From Candidatus Omnitrophota bacterium (lineage in GTDB: Bacteria > Omnitrophota > Gorgyraeia > Gygaellales > Profunditerraquicolaceae): a stretch of 64,000 nucleotides of DNA. Where the stretch lies: positions 106,048 through 170,047 of the forward strand of contig QZKH01000003.1 of the NCBI GenBank assembly GCA_003598025.1. Reading direction: 5' to 3'. Every line of letters begins with the position of its first letter. Position 1 is the first letter of the stretch. This document shows, one piece after another, positions 56,251 to 64,000 of this stretch. The notes below the pieces were generated by a model, which saw only the letters and a program-made list of their open reading frames with translations, had not been told where the DNA came from and did no database searches. Both the position numbers and the translations under genes were made by a program.

Positions 56251-57098
56251 TATTCCAGTATTTTTAAGTTTTTAATTTCTATTACTTTGTATTTAGGGTA
56301 AGCTATCAGATTACCTGTGACTTCTACCTTGCGGCCTATGACCGCATCCAGTGTTTTTTTATCGCCATGTAAATAATACGTGCCTTCTTTATTGATGAGC
56401 CTGTGTGTCCCTTTGCGATTAAAAAATCTGCCGCATGGTTTGATAATACCTTCAATGGTAGAAATAGTTGAGGCGGAGTTATTTTGTTGGATACCAGCAG
56501 CCAATTCAGTAATTGTATCTTTTTTGGCTATCTGACTGGTTGTTGGTTTTACGGGGGCTGTCGCGGCCTGGCCAATAAATTTTTTTACAAATTTTTTATG
56601 TATCCAGCCGTAGCATTCCGCAGTCGGCTTTATGGAGTACCATTGGCCTTTGTCCTGTGTTATTTTTACGACTTCGTTCTGGTTGATCCTCCCTATAACA
56701 GCGGAATCCACCGTAGGTTTAAGCCTGATATTTACGTTATTCCCTAAAACCCTGCCCGTCTTTACTTTTGCATCGCCAAAAGATATGTTTGATGACGGGC
56801 TGATTTTATCTTCGGGAAGAGGCTCAATAAGTTCCTTGCTGACATACAGCAGTATCTCGGAATCTTCGGGTAGTTTGATTTTATACCAGTCGTAGGCTTC
56901 CCTTATAACTTCTACTAATTGACCATTGTTTAGTTTTCCGATTATTTCAGAACTTGCTGTGGAATCTGCGCGTACATTTACATCATTGCCTTTTATCTGT
57001 CCGGTAAACGAAGGTAATTTCTCCGCAAAACCGAATGAACAGGCCAGTTCCATCGCCAGTATCAAAGTAAGGAGCTTACTTAAACGGCTTATGCGCAT
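56250..57098 (-). CDS. Secreted tandem bacterial SH3 domain protein
   Basis: Two VN.R......IG.L/I..G/N..V.......WY.I units. Confidence 0.85.
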   Translation of the reverse strand: MRISRLSKLLTLILAMELACSFGFAEKLPSFTGQIKGNDVNVRADSTASSEIIGKLNNGQLVEVIREAYDWYKIKLPEDSEILLYVSKELIEPLPEDKISPSSNISFGDAKVKTGRVLGNNVNIRLKPTVDSAVIGRINQNEVVKITQDKGQWYSIKPTAECYGWIHKKFVKKFIGQAATAPVKPTTSQIAKKDTITELAAGIQQNNSASTISTIEGIIKPCGRFFNRKGTHRLINKEGTYYLHGDKKTLDAVIGRKVEVTGNLIAYPKYKVIEIKNLKILE

Positions 57099-57101
57099 TT
57101 A

Positions 57102-57416
57102 TTATTTCTGGGTTTTTGAAGCTGCAGCTTTAGGTGCAGTTTTGGATGCAGCGCCTTGTGCTTTTTCAGCCGGGGCTGCGGCTGCTGCGCCGGCTGGAGC
57201 AGCTCCGCCTGCAGCGGCTTCCGCGCCTTCAGCTTTCTCCGCCTTCTCTTTCTTGATCTTGATCTTTAGGGTCTTGATTTTAGGCAGGCCGAATATCTCC
57301 TGGCCCTCTTTCCACTGATCTTTTTCAAGCATGATTTTAAGGCGTTCTGAGCGCTTTAATACGGATCTTTGTTTTTTGATTCCTCCGGTTGAACCGAGTG
57401 ATGGATGAATTGACAT
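57102..57416 (-). CDS. Small basic protein (PVC superphylum signature protein) with Ala-rich tail
   Basis: MS.H.SL.......RSVLKR.ER...M.....W.EG....GLPK.K. Confidence 0.8.
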   Translation of the reverse strand: MSIHPSLGSTGGIKKQRSVLKRSERLKIMLEKDQWKEGQEIFGLPKIKTLKIKIKKEKAEKAEGAEAAAGGAAPAGAAAAAPAEKAQGAASKTAPKAAASKTQK

Positions 57417-57421
57417 ATTTC

Positions 57422-58000
57422 TTATAACCTCCTTATAAAACAGTCTGTATATTGTTTTTGTAGTTTTGAAAGTTCAGTTTTTGCGTTTTCTTTGGTTGTA
57501 AAACTGCCGATAAACACAACCGTATATTTACCTTTTGATTGAATGACCGGTGTATGGCCGTTTTTTCTCAGCCTTTCCGCTTCCTTTTTTGCCGCGGAGC
57601 TGTTTGTAAAACTAGCCACTTGTATAGTATAAATGCCTTCCTGGATAACTGGCTGTTGCTTTGTTTCGGCATTTTGCAATTTAACTGGCGTGTCTGTTTT
57701 TACAGAAGAAGCTATTTCTCGAGCCGGACTCTTAACCTGCTTTTCCGGGGCTAAAATTGATTCTGCTTTCTGTATATCGGCCCTCTGTTCTGTATCTATG
57801 CCTGAAGCCGCAATATTCCTGCCGTGCATGACTCCTAAGCCATATGCTGTTATTGCAACGGTCATAAAAACAATTATTAATATAATGTTTTTCTCATATC
57901 CTCGGATATAACTCATAAACGGCCTTCTTGTGTTTTTATGGTTAATAGTTTCTTCGGATTGGGAGAAAAAATCTAATTGTGAATTGTCGTTTGTATCCAT
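57422..58000 (-). CDS. SPOR domain membrane protein
   Basis: One TM; YTIQVASF.....A......L...G. Confidence 0.85.
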   Translation of the reverse strand: MDTNDNSQLDFFSQSEETINHKNTRRPFMSYIRGYEKNIILIIVFMTVAITAYGLGVMHGRNIAASGIDTEQRADIQKAESILAPEKQVKSPAREIASSVKTDTPVKLQNAETKQQPVIQEGIYTIQVASFTNSSAAKKEAERLRKNGHTPVIQSKGKYTVVFIGSFTTKENAKTELSKLQKQYTDCFIRRL

Positions 58001-58024
58001 TAAAGAATATTAATAAAGACTAAA

Positions 58025-58200
58025 ATTAATTCATAGTTCAGGGTTCATTGTTCATGGGTTTTGCATACCTATCAACCACGAACCATGAAACTAGTTTTTT
58101 TGTGATTTTGCCTGCCTACCGGTAGGCAGGTGTCGTGTGTCTTTGTGACTAGATACTTTATCTATCTCTATGAACCATTAACTATGAACCATGAACTAAT
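58025..58200. repeat. Hairpin heptamer element plus partial composite element with nested palindrome CCTGCCTACCGGTAGGCAGG
   Basis: Inverted arrays 58025-58093; palindrome 58111-58130; ctagatactttatctatctc linker and (CYATGAA)n to 58200. Confidence 0.9.
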
Positions 58201-58204
58201 ATTA

Positions 58205-59278
58205 CTATATCGTGTTTTTACTGTCGTGCAAGTATTTTCTTGCGTTCAATCTTTTAGCTACTTTCAGGAAAGATTCTACTACTTTGGGATCGAATTGAGT
58301 ACCGCTTTTTTTCTTTATTTCCTTTATTGCTTCGTTTATATTCATTCTTTCCCTGTATGGCCTGCCATATACCATTGCTTCAAAAGCATCGGCAACAGCC
58401 ATTATCCTTGCCCCGATCGGGATTTGCCCTTTCTTTAATCTTGAAGGGTACCCAGTGCCGTTATATTTTTCATGGTGGTGCATTATTATAGCAATTACCG
58501 GTTTTAGTATCAGCATCGGCCGCAATATCTGCGCTCCCTTGATGGGGTGTTTCTGTATTATCCCGTATTCTTTAGCAGTAAGTTTTGATGTTTTAGCCAG
58601 TATTTCCGGAGGCGTATCTATTTTGCCTGCATCGTGAAGAAGGCTTGCGTATTTCAGGCTCTCGATTTGTTTCTGGTCAAGATGCATTTGGTGGCCGATG
58701 GAAGTTACCAGCCTGCTGAAATAAGGAGAATGAGTATACTCCTGCGGTATTCTGGTGTCAAGCAGTGTAACGAGAGATTTGATGCTTCCAAGCACGACTT
58801 TCTGGTGCTCTTCATATAGCTGAAGGTTCCTTATTCCGATCACCGATTGTTCTGCTAAAGTAATAAGTATTTCAAAATCAGAATGGATGAATGGCGGTTT
58901 GTTGTTGTTCCTTTTTGTTTCAATAAAACCGATTATATCGTCAGATATCATCGGCACAATGAGCTGCCTCTCTTTTTGTATTGCAGACAGGTTCTTTATG
59001 ATCTTTTTTTCAAAAGATGAGATTATCCTCGTTTTTTTATTAAAAATTGATTTTGTTTTGCCTTTTATTATGCATCGGAAATTAGCATTAGTCCCGGAGG
59101 CGTCTAATAATATGATCTGGCAAAAATCCGCACTATATAGCTGGCATATTAGCTTAGTGAGACGGACTATTAAGTCATTAAGCATATATGTAGAGTTTAC
59201 CAGCCGGTATACGCTATGTATGGAAGATATGAGCAGCTTATACTTTTTCGTAGGGGTCAAATAACTTCTTATATTCAT
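58205..59278 (-). CDS. GAF-like + HD-GYP phosphodiesterase
   Basis: LHD.GK, HP..G, HHEKYNGTGYP, ARI.AVADAFEAM...RPYR, GTQFDP. Confidence 0.9.
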   Translation of the reverse strand: MNIRSYLTPTKKYKLLISSIHSVYRLVNSTYMLNDLIVRLTKLICQLYSADFCQIILLDASGTNANFRCIIKGKTKSIFNKKTRIISSFEKKIIKNLSAIQKERQLIVPMISDDIIGFIETKRNNNKPPFIHSDFEILITLAEQSVIGIRNLQLYEEHQKVVLGSIKSLVTLLDTRIPQEYTHSPYFSRLVTSIGHQMHLDQKQIESLKYASLLHDAGKIDTPPEILAKTSKLTAKEYGIIQKHPIKGAQILRPMLILKPVIAIIMHHHEKYNGTGYPSRLKKGQIPIGARIMAVADAFEAMVYGRPYRERMNINEAIKEIKKKSGTQFDPKVVESFLKVAKRLNARKYLHDSKNTI

Positions 59279-60389
59279 CTAATGCGTACCTGTCCGTCAT
59301 ACCGGCTATGTAATCGCATACCGCGCGTTCTATACCATCTTCTTCAGCATGCTTAATGGTAACCGGTGGTAATTGTTGAGGTTGATTTATGTAGATTCTG
59401 TAAAGCTCCTCGATAAAACGTTTAGCCTTACTAGACATCCTGTTTACGCGATAATTCTTATAAAGCCTCTCAACAAGGATTCCCCTCAGGGGTTTCCTGA
59501 AAGCAACCATATCCCTGCTGAAAGCAACAATCTTTTCTTTGGTATTTTTTGCCTCAAAAGGAGATCTGGGCCTTATATTATCAAGCCTTCGTTTTGTTTC
59601 TTTTATAAGATCAGTTACCTGGATGTCAATTAATGACCTTATAGCCAGGTATTTCTTCTTATCTTCGTCTATTTTACCATATTTTCTTAAGATTTCTATA
59701 CTTATCTTATGCCATAATTTGGAAGTTTTTAAGTCCCCTTCCCGGAGCAGCCCTGAAGTGAGCCCGTCATCAATGTCATGGTTGTCATAGGCTATTTCAT
59801 CGGCAATATCAACAACTTGGGTTTCAAGCGTCGGGTTGGTGTCAGAGGAGAATTCATCTAAAGCTGTGGAATGATCAAAAGCTGTGGAATGCCTGACTAT
59901 CCCTTCCCTGAGTTCCCAGGTGAGATTTAATCCCGGAAAATTTACATAACGCTCCTCAAGTTTGTCTACTACCCTTAAACCCTGCAGGTTATGATTAAAA
60001 CCTCCAAAGTTTACCATTAATTCATTTAAAGCGTCTTCTCCTGCATGGCCGAACGGTGTATGCCCTAAATCATGCGCCAGCGCTATAGCTTCTACTAAGT
60101 CGCTGTTTAAGCCAAGAGCCTGTGCGATAGTTCGAGCGATTTGGGCGACTTCTAATGTATGAGTAAGCCTTGTGCGGTAGTAATCCCCTTCATGGTTGAC
60201 GAACACCTGTGTTTTGTATTCCAGCCTTCTGAATGCGGCAGAATGAATTATCCTATCTCTATCCCTTTGATAGGCAGACCTGTATGCATGCTCTTTTTCA
60301 GGGTATGCCCTGCCTTTGCTTTTATAGCTTTTCATGGCGTAAGGTGCCAAGAGTTTATCTTCTATTGAGCGTATATTAACCGTTCTCAT
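59238..60389 (-). CDS. dgt: Deoxyguanosinetriphosphate triphosphohydrolase
   Basis: RDRDRIIHS.AFRRL..KTQVF, RTRLTH.LEV, HDLGH.PFGH.GE, DYIAGMTD. Confidence 0.95.
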   Translation of the reverse strand: MRTVNIRSIEDKLLAPYAMKSYKSKGRAYPEKEHAYRSAYQRDRDRIIHSAAFRRLEYKTQVFVNHEGDYYRTRLTHTLEVAQIARTIAQALGLNSDLVEAIALAHDLGHTPFGHAGEDALNELMVNFGGFNHNLQGLRVVDKLEERYVNFPGLNLTWELREGIVRHSTAFDHSTALDEFSSDTNPTLETQVVDIADEIAYDNHDIDDGLTSGLLREGDLKTSKLWHKISIEILRKYGKIDEDKKKYLAIRSLIDIQVTDLIKETKRRLDNIRPRSPFEAKNTKEKIVAFSRDMVAFRKPLRGILVERLYKNYRVNRMSSKAKRFIEELYRIYINQPQQLPPVTIKHAEEDGIERAVCDYIAGMTDRYALDEYKKLFDPYEKV

Positions 60390-60855
60390 CTTTCAATAAT
60401 TTATGAAGCTCACTTAAAGACTGTGAAATCACTTTTGTGCCTGCGATAATAGGCATGAAGTTTGTGTCGCCTTTCCATCTTGGGACAATGTGCACGTGGA
60501 TATGGGCAGGTATTCCTGCTCCTGATGCACCAAGGATATTTATCCCGATATTGTATCCGTCCGGTTTTAGCACTTTGTCGAGTAACTTTATAGCCCTGTT
60601 AACTGCTTCAAAAAGCTGGCCGGATTCAGATTTTGAGAGTTTATCAAGTCTGTTGACGTGCCTTAACGGAAAGACCATAATATGGCCGTTATTGTATGGG
60701 TATATATTAAGCATGGCTGCGGCATGCTTCATCCTGAAGATGAGATAATCAGCTTTTGAGGACTTTACGGCTTTACAAAAAATGCACTTTTTGCCTTTCT
60801 TATGCCTGATATATTTCAATCTCCACGGTGCCCATAATAATTCTCTTTTTGTCAT
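60376..60855 (-). CDS. HIT family hydrolase
   Basis: LWAPWR, CIFC, LN.YPYN.GH, HIHVHIVPRW.GD.NF. Confidence 0.93.
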   Translation of the reverse strand: MTKRELLWAPWRLKYIRHKKGKKCIFCKAVKSSKADYLIFRMKHAAAMLNIYPYNNGHIMVFPLRHVNRLDKLSKSESGQLFEAVNRAIKLLDKVLKPDGYNIGINILGASGAGIPAHIHVHIVPRWKGDTNFMPIIAGTKVISQSLSELHKLLKDENG

Positions 60856-61340
60856 AATTTTATTATTTTAGCTTTTATGTGGTCGTTAATTTCAATTATA
60901 CCGTAAGAATTATAACGTGCAAAAACTTTATCTGTAGGCGAGCCTGGATTAAAAAATATAACCCCTCCCCTTTCTTCATTTACGGCATTATGAGAATGGC
61001 CAAATATTACCATATTAACATTGTCAAATTTAAATTCTTTCTGCAGGTTTTCAATAAGGCTGGCGGGGCTGCCATAGCCGTGCATCAGGCCGATTCTAAA
61101 ATTACCAACAGTGATAATTTCTTTTTTCGGGATATTGATACATTCACTGTCGCTGTCCATGTTGCCGCAGACAACCTTTACATTAGCACAATATTTCTTA
61201 AGCTCATCAATTACGCTGAAATTTACCAAATCGCCTGCGTGGATGACCATGTCCACGCCTTTAAAGGCATCAAGAACCTGCTGAGGCAGGCGGTCTGCCC
61301 TGTCGGGAATATGGGTATCTGAAATAACCCCGATTTTCAT
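60852..61340 (-). CDS. YfcE-like metallophosphoesterase
   Basis: ISDTH, HAGD, GNMD, FGHSH, NPGS. Confidence 0.93.
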   Translation of the reverse strand: MKIGVISDTHIPDRADRLPQQVLDAFKGVDMVIHAGDLVNFSVIDELKKYCANVKVVCGNMDSDSECINIPKKEIITVGNFRIGLMHGYGSPASLIENLQKEFKFDNVNMVIFGHSHNAVNEERGGVIFFNPGSPTDKVFARYNSYGIIEINDHIKAKIIKL

Positions 61341-61341
61341 T

Positions 61342-62934
61342 TTATGCAGTTACCCTCGGTTTGTAAAATAAATCAAAAATATAATTTAAATGATTAATAT
61401 CCCAAGTAAGAACCTTTTCTTCCAGGGCCCTGAGCCTTGCGTTAGAATCGACGTCTCTTAAAGTGACGATTATTTTTCTTTGCAGTTTATTACGGAATTT
61501 TTTGCACTCTTTTGAAAATTCAGCGATATCTTCTTCTGTCAGGGCGTCCTGTTTAAAAGCCACAACCCAGATTCCTTCGTAAGACCTGCCGATAAGCCCG
61601 TTTCTTATCCCCCTAATATTAAGTTCCAGGGGTTTTATTTCCTTAAAACGGTCAAGCCGTATTTTTTTTGTTTCTATCTGCACCATCTCATCTTCGAAAA
61701 GATGCAATAACTCAGACACTCGCTCGGGTATTGACTTCTTTGTGTTCTTGACAAAATCATCAATCATGCATTTAATATTATTAATGAATACTTCTCTTTG
61801 GTTTTTTGCATCAAAAGTAAGCGAAGATATTTTTCCCTGGTAAACATATTTCAGCCAAAAGTTGAATACCCTGTCGTTTATTGTCAGAAAATCCCCGCTG
61901 CGGGTAATAACATCAAATTCAACGAGATAATCAATCCTGGCTAAAATTTCCTTACGTTGCTTATGAAGAAGATGTGCGATATCTTTGATTTTATTATGCC
62001 CTGATGATATGGTGTGTAGTATCGAGATGTATTGCTGGCAGTTGTCAGTATCAATAAAGCGTTTAAGGTAGTTACTGAATTTCTGATTAAGGATACCTGA
62101 TGGCTGGAATAGGAAATCTTCAAGGATTTTAATGATATCCTCATGAGCGGAATTCTTTATGGCGCTGGATAAAACATCCAAATAAAATGGGTACCCTCCG
62201 GTGAAGTGCACAATGAAGTCACGTATTGATTTATTGATTTTATAATCATTAAGCTTTTTCTCAAGGTAAATATCGCTGGATAAAGCGTCAAATGGCTCGA
62301 CCGTGATTGTCTCAAAATTTCCAAAAAGGAGCGATAAGTTATTTGAGATGATCTTTTTAGCGCGGAATTTAGAGGAACTGATTATTATATGCATCGTATT
62401 CTTATTTGTAACAAGGAGCTTGGTCCATTCTTTATACAGGTTTCTTATGCCGACATTTTCCAGGTTATGGAATTCGTCAAATATAAAGATGGTCTTTTTG
62501 CCGGACTCTTCATAAATTGACTCTGCCAGCGATAAGAGGTCAAAAAATAGATTATTTTTTTTGCTGCGTTTTAATGAAGAGAGTATATAGTCGGCCTTGT
62601 TAACAGTTTTTGGTATAAATTGACGTGATTTATTCAGCAGAAAATCCAAATCTTCCTTGAGTTCCAACCCGCTATTTGACATAAAGTTATAGAGCAGCAC
62701 GCCTATAAATCTGCGGATGAGCGAGTTGAATGGTTCCGGCCTTATTTCAAGATATGCTGTTATAATTTTAGGGTCAGAGTAGATGTTAAGAAGTTTAAAT
62801 ATGATAAAGGTTTTACCTATCGCCTCATCGCCAATAATAGCTATATTCTGTCTGTAGCCGTCTTTAAATGCAGTGATTCTTTTTAAAAGCGCCTGAATTT
62901 GTGTATCTCTGTCAAAAATATCGCCTTTGTTCAT
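61342..62934 (-). CDS. Archaeal-type P-loop ATPase with winged-helix and C-terminal nuclease-like region
   Basis: F.R...I..L, IIG....GKT, IFDEF..L, TGG.PFYL, D.VF..WL. Confidence 0.7.
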   Translation of the reverse strand: MNKGDIFDRDTQIQALLKRITAFKDGYRQNIAIIGDEAIGKTFIIFKLLNIYSDPKIITAYLEIRPEPFNSLIRRFIGVLLYNFMSNSGLELKEDLDFLLNKSRQFIPKTVNKADYILSSLKRSKKNNLFFDLLSLAESIYEESGKKTIFIFDEFHNLENVGIRNLYKEWTKLLVTNKNTMHIIISSSKFRAKKIISNNLSLLFGNFETITVEPFDALSSDIYLEKKLNDYKINKSIRDFIVHFTGGYPFYLDVLSSAIKNSAHEDIIKILEDFLFQPSGILNQKFSNYLKRFIDTDNCQQYISILHTISSGHNKIKDIAHLLHKQRKEILARIDYLVEFDVITRSGDFLTINDRVFNFWLKYVYQGKISSLTFDAKNQREVFINNIKCMIDDFVKNTKKSIPERVSELLHLFEDEMVQIETKKIRLDRFKEIKPLELNIRGIRNGLIGRSYEGIWVVAFKQDALTEEDIAEFSKECKKFRNKLQRKIIVTLRDVDSNARLRALEEKVLTWDINHLNYIFDLFYKPRVTA

Positions 62935-63599
62935 GGTAGAAAATAATAAGGGTTTTGAGGTATAGAGTTCTTTCTTATTTCAAAGTGTAGGTACTCCTTT
63001 TTTCCTCTTTTTGATTTACCGGCCTTTGCAATAAGCGTGCCTCTTGTGATGTTGTCACCCAGCTTTACGAAAACCTTTGAATTTCTTGAATATACTGTAA
63101 GCAAACCGTCACCGTGGTCAATAATCAGGGTTTTTCCGAATGATTCCAGTTTATCAGAATAAAAAACAACCCTTCCTCCTCTTGAGGCAATGACATCCCC
63201 GTTATAGTAGGGTTCGATATTAAGCCCTTTATTAATAACATTGTCGTAAGTTGCACCAAATGTGGATATGACTTTTCCTTTTATTGGCCAGATAAAATCT
63301 TCATCAGAAGAAACGCTTGAGACTGTTTTTCTTCCGGATGCCCGGGGAATAAATATAAGCTGGTTGACTTCAATTTTAGTTACATCTGAAATACGGTTAA
63401 ACTTTATAATTTCATCCAAATCTACACCGTAAGTTTTTGATATACGCCACAATGTCTGACCCTTTTCAACCTTATGGTAAGTACCAGGTACTCCGGCAGG
63501 AGGCTTTAGTGGAGTCATGACCGGCGCCGTAGCACACCCCGATAATATAAGAACAGTTACGATAATACTTAAGATTGAAGCCAGTTTAGTAGTATTCAT
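62931..63599 (-). CDS. LysM + M23 peptidase-like lipoprotein (NlpD-like)
   Basis: Lipobox LSGC; H.V.KGQTLWRIS..YGV; F.WP..G; G...IIDH; LHFEIR. Confidence 0.9.
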   Translation of the reverse strand: MNTTKLASILSIIVTVLILSGCATAPVMTPLKPPAGVPGTYHKVEKGQTLWRISKTYGVDLDEIIKFNRISDVTKIEVNQLIFIPRASGRKTVSSVSSDEDFIWPIKGKVISTFGATYDNVINKGLNIEPYYNGDVIASRGGRVVFYSDKLESFGKTLIIDHGDGLLTVYSRNSKVFVKLGDNITRGTLIAKAGKSKRGKKEYLHFEIRKNSIPQNPYYFLP

Positions 63600-63618
63600 A
63601 AGTAAACTCTAATATTTA

Positions 63619-63689
63619 AGCGGGCGAAGGGAATTGAACCCTCCTATCCAGCTTGGGAAGCTGGTGTTCTACCGATGAACTACGCCCGC
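63619..63689 (-). tRNA. tRNA-Gly(CCC), CCA not encoded
   Basis: GCGGGCG acceptor stem, CCAGC-TT-CCC-AA-GCTGG anticodon arm, GGGTTCAATTCCC T arm. Confidence 0.95.
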
Positions 63690-63802
63690 AGATCCTTCAT
63701 CTATAAGCATAGGATTAAATTCGCAGACGGCCGAACGGCCTACCCTTTATGTCGTTACTCCATAAAGTGTCTGCTCATTTAAACTACGCCCGCAGATCCT
63801 TC
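63678..63802. repeat. 21-bp direct repeat of the tRNA 5' end/leader enclosing an 83-bp structured insert
   Basis: aactacgcccgcagatccttc at 63678-63698 and 63782-63802. Confidence 0.85.
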
Positions 63803-63809
63803 TTCCTTT

Positions 63810-64000
63810 TTACACATGCTCATCAATAAGCTTTATAGAGCAATATTCACCGCACATTGTGCAGACTTCTTTATCACTAGGTTTAGATGCCTGCCTGTAA
63901 GCTTTTGCTTTGTCAGGATCAATAGCAAGCTCTATCTGGCGTTTCCAATCGCGGTTTCTTCTTGCTAAAGACATTTCTTTATCCCAGTTAAGGGCAGATT
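63810..64000 (-). CDS. thiC: Phosphomethylpyrimidine synthase, C-terminal part (truncated by window end)
   Basis: Manual translation ...WDKEMSLARRNRDWKRQIELAIDPDKA...CTMCGEYCSIK...*; ThiC C-terminal CxxCxxxC-type cluster. Confidence 0.88.
   Translation of the reverse strand, partial: SALNWDKEMSLARRNRDWKRQIELAIDPDKAKAYRQASKPSDKEVCTMCGEYCSIKLIDEHV

Noticed and set aside
382-58200. CRISPR interpretation of the repeats
   Set aside because: Units are 7-8 bp in tandem with no ~30-bp repeat/unique-spacer structure, and no cas genes are present.
59238-62934. dGTPase and ATPase as an anti-phage defence system
   Set aside because: They lie in a compact operon with HIT, YfcE and NlpD-like genes and show no compositional anomaly; a housekeeping role is more parsimonious.

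Overview
Bacterial chromosomal window, most likely from the PVC superphylum: it encodes the PVC signature 'small basic protein' at 57102-57416, and the gene content suggests Ca. Omnitrophota (inference). Genes run on the + strand from 1 to about 40.7 kb and mostly on the - strand from about 43 kb. They converge on a near-canonical XerCD dif site at 42754-42781, so this is probably the replication terminus. The left part holds a GH57/ParA-CBM48 glycogen-linked cluster, then a ~36 kb exosortase/PEP-CTERM exopolysaccharide locus. That locus has Wza/Wzc/CpsD, Wzm/Wzt, an AT-rich glycosyltransferase block, exosortase+EpsI, five PEP-CTERM proteins, a GAF kinase/NtrC pair, rpoN next door, and two sigma-54 promoters. 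The right part holds a lexA-X-dinB cassette, housekeeping genes, tRNA-Gly(CCC) and the thiC 3' end. The main unexplained structure is a dense system of degenerate 7-mer (and some 8-mer) tandem repeats of several sequence families. These (i) bracket two four-helix-bundle (bAvd/23S-IVP-like) genes as inverted arrays, (ii) form composite ~100-210 bp intergenic elements with a conserved module order and conserved linkers, (iii) sit in-frame inside several glycan-enzyme genes, and (iv) host nested short palindromes. Other leads are a phosphoglycosyl transferase with an internal PEP-CTERM sorting signal, a ParA-glycogen-binding fusion, a candidate new LexA box and a possible repeat-based phase switch. 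All product calls come from motif recognition by eye; no database searches were run.
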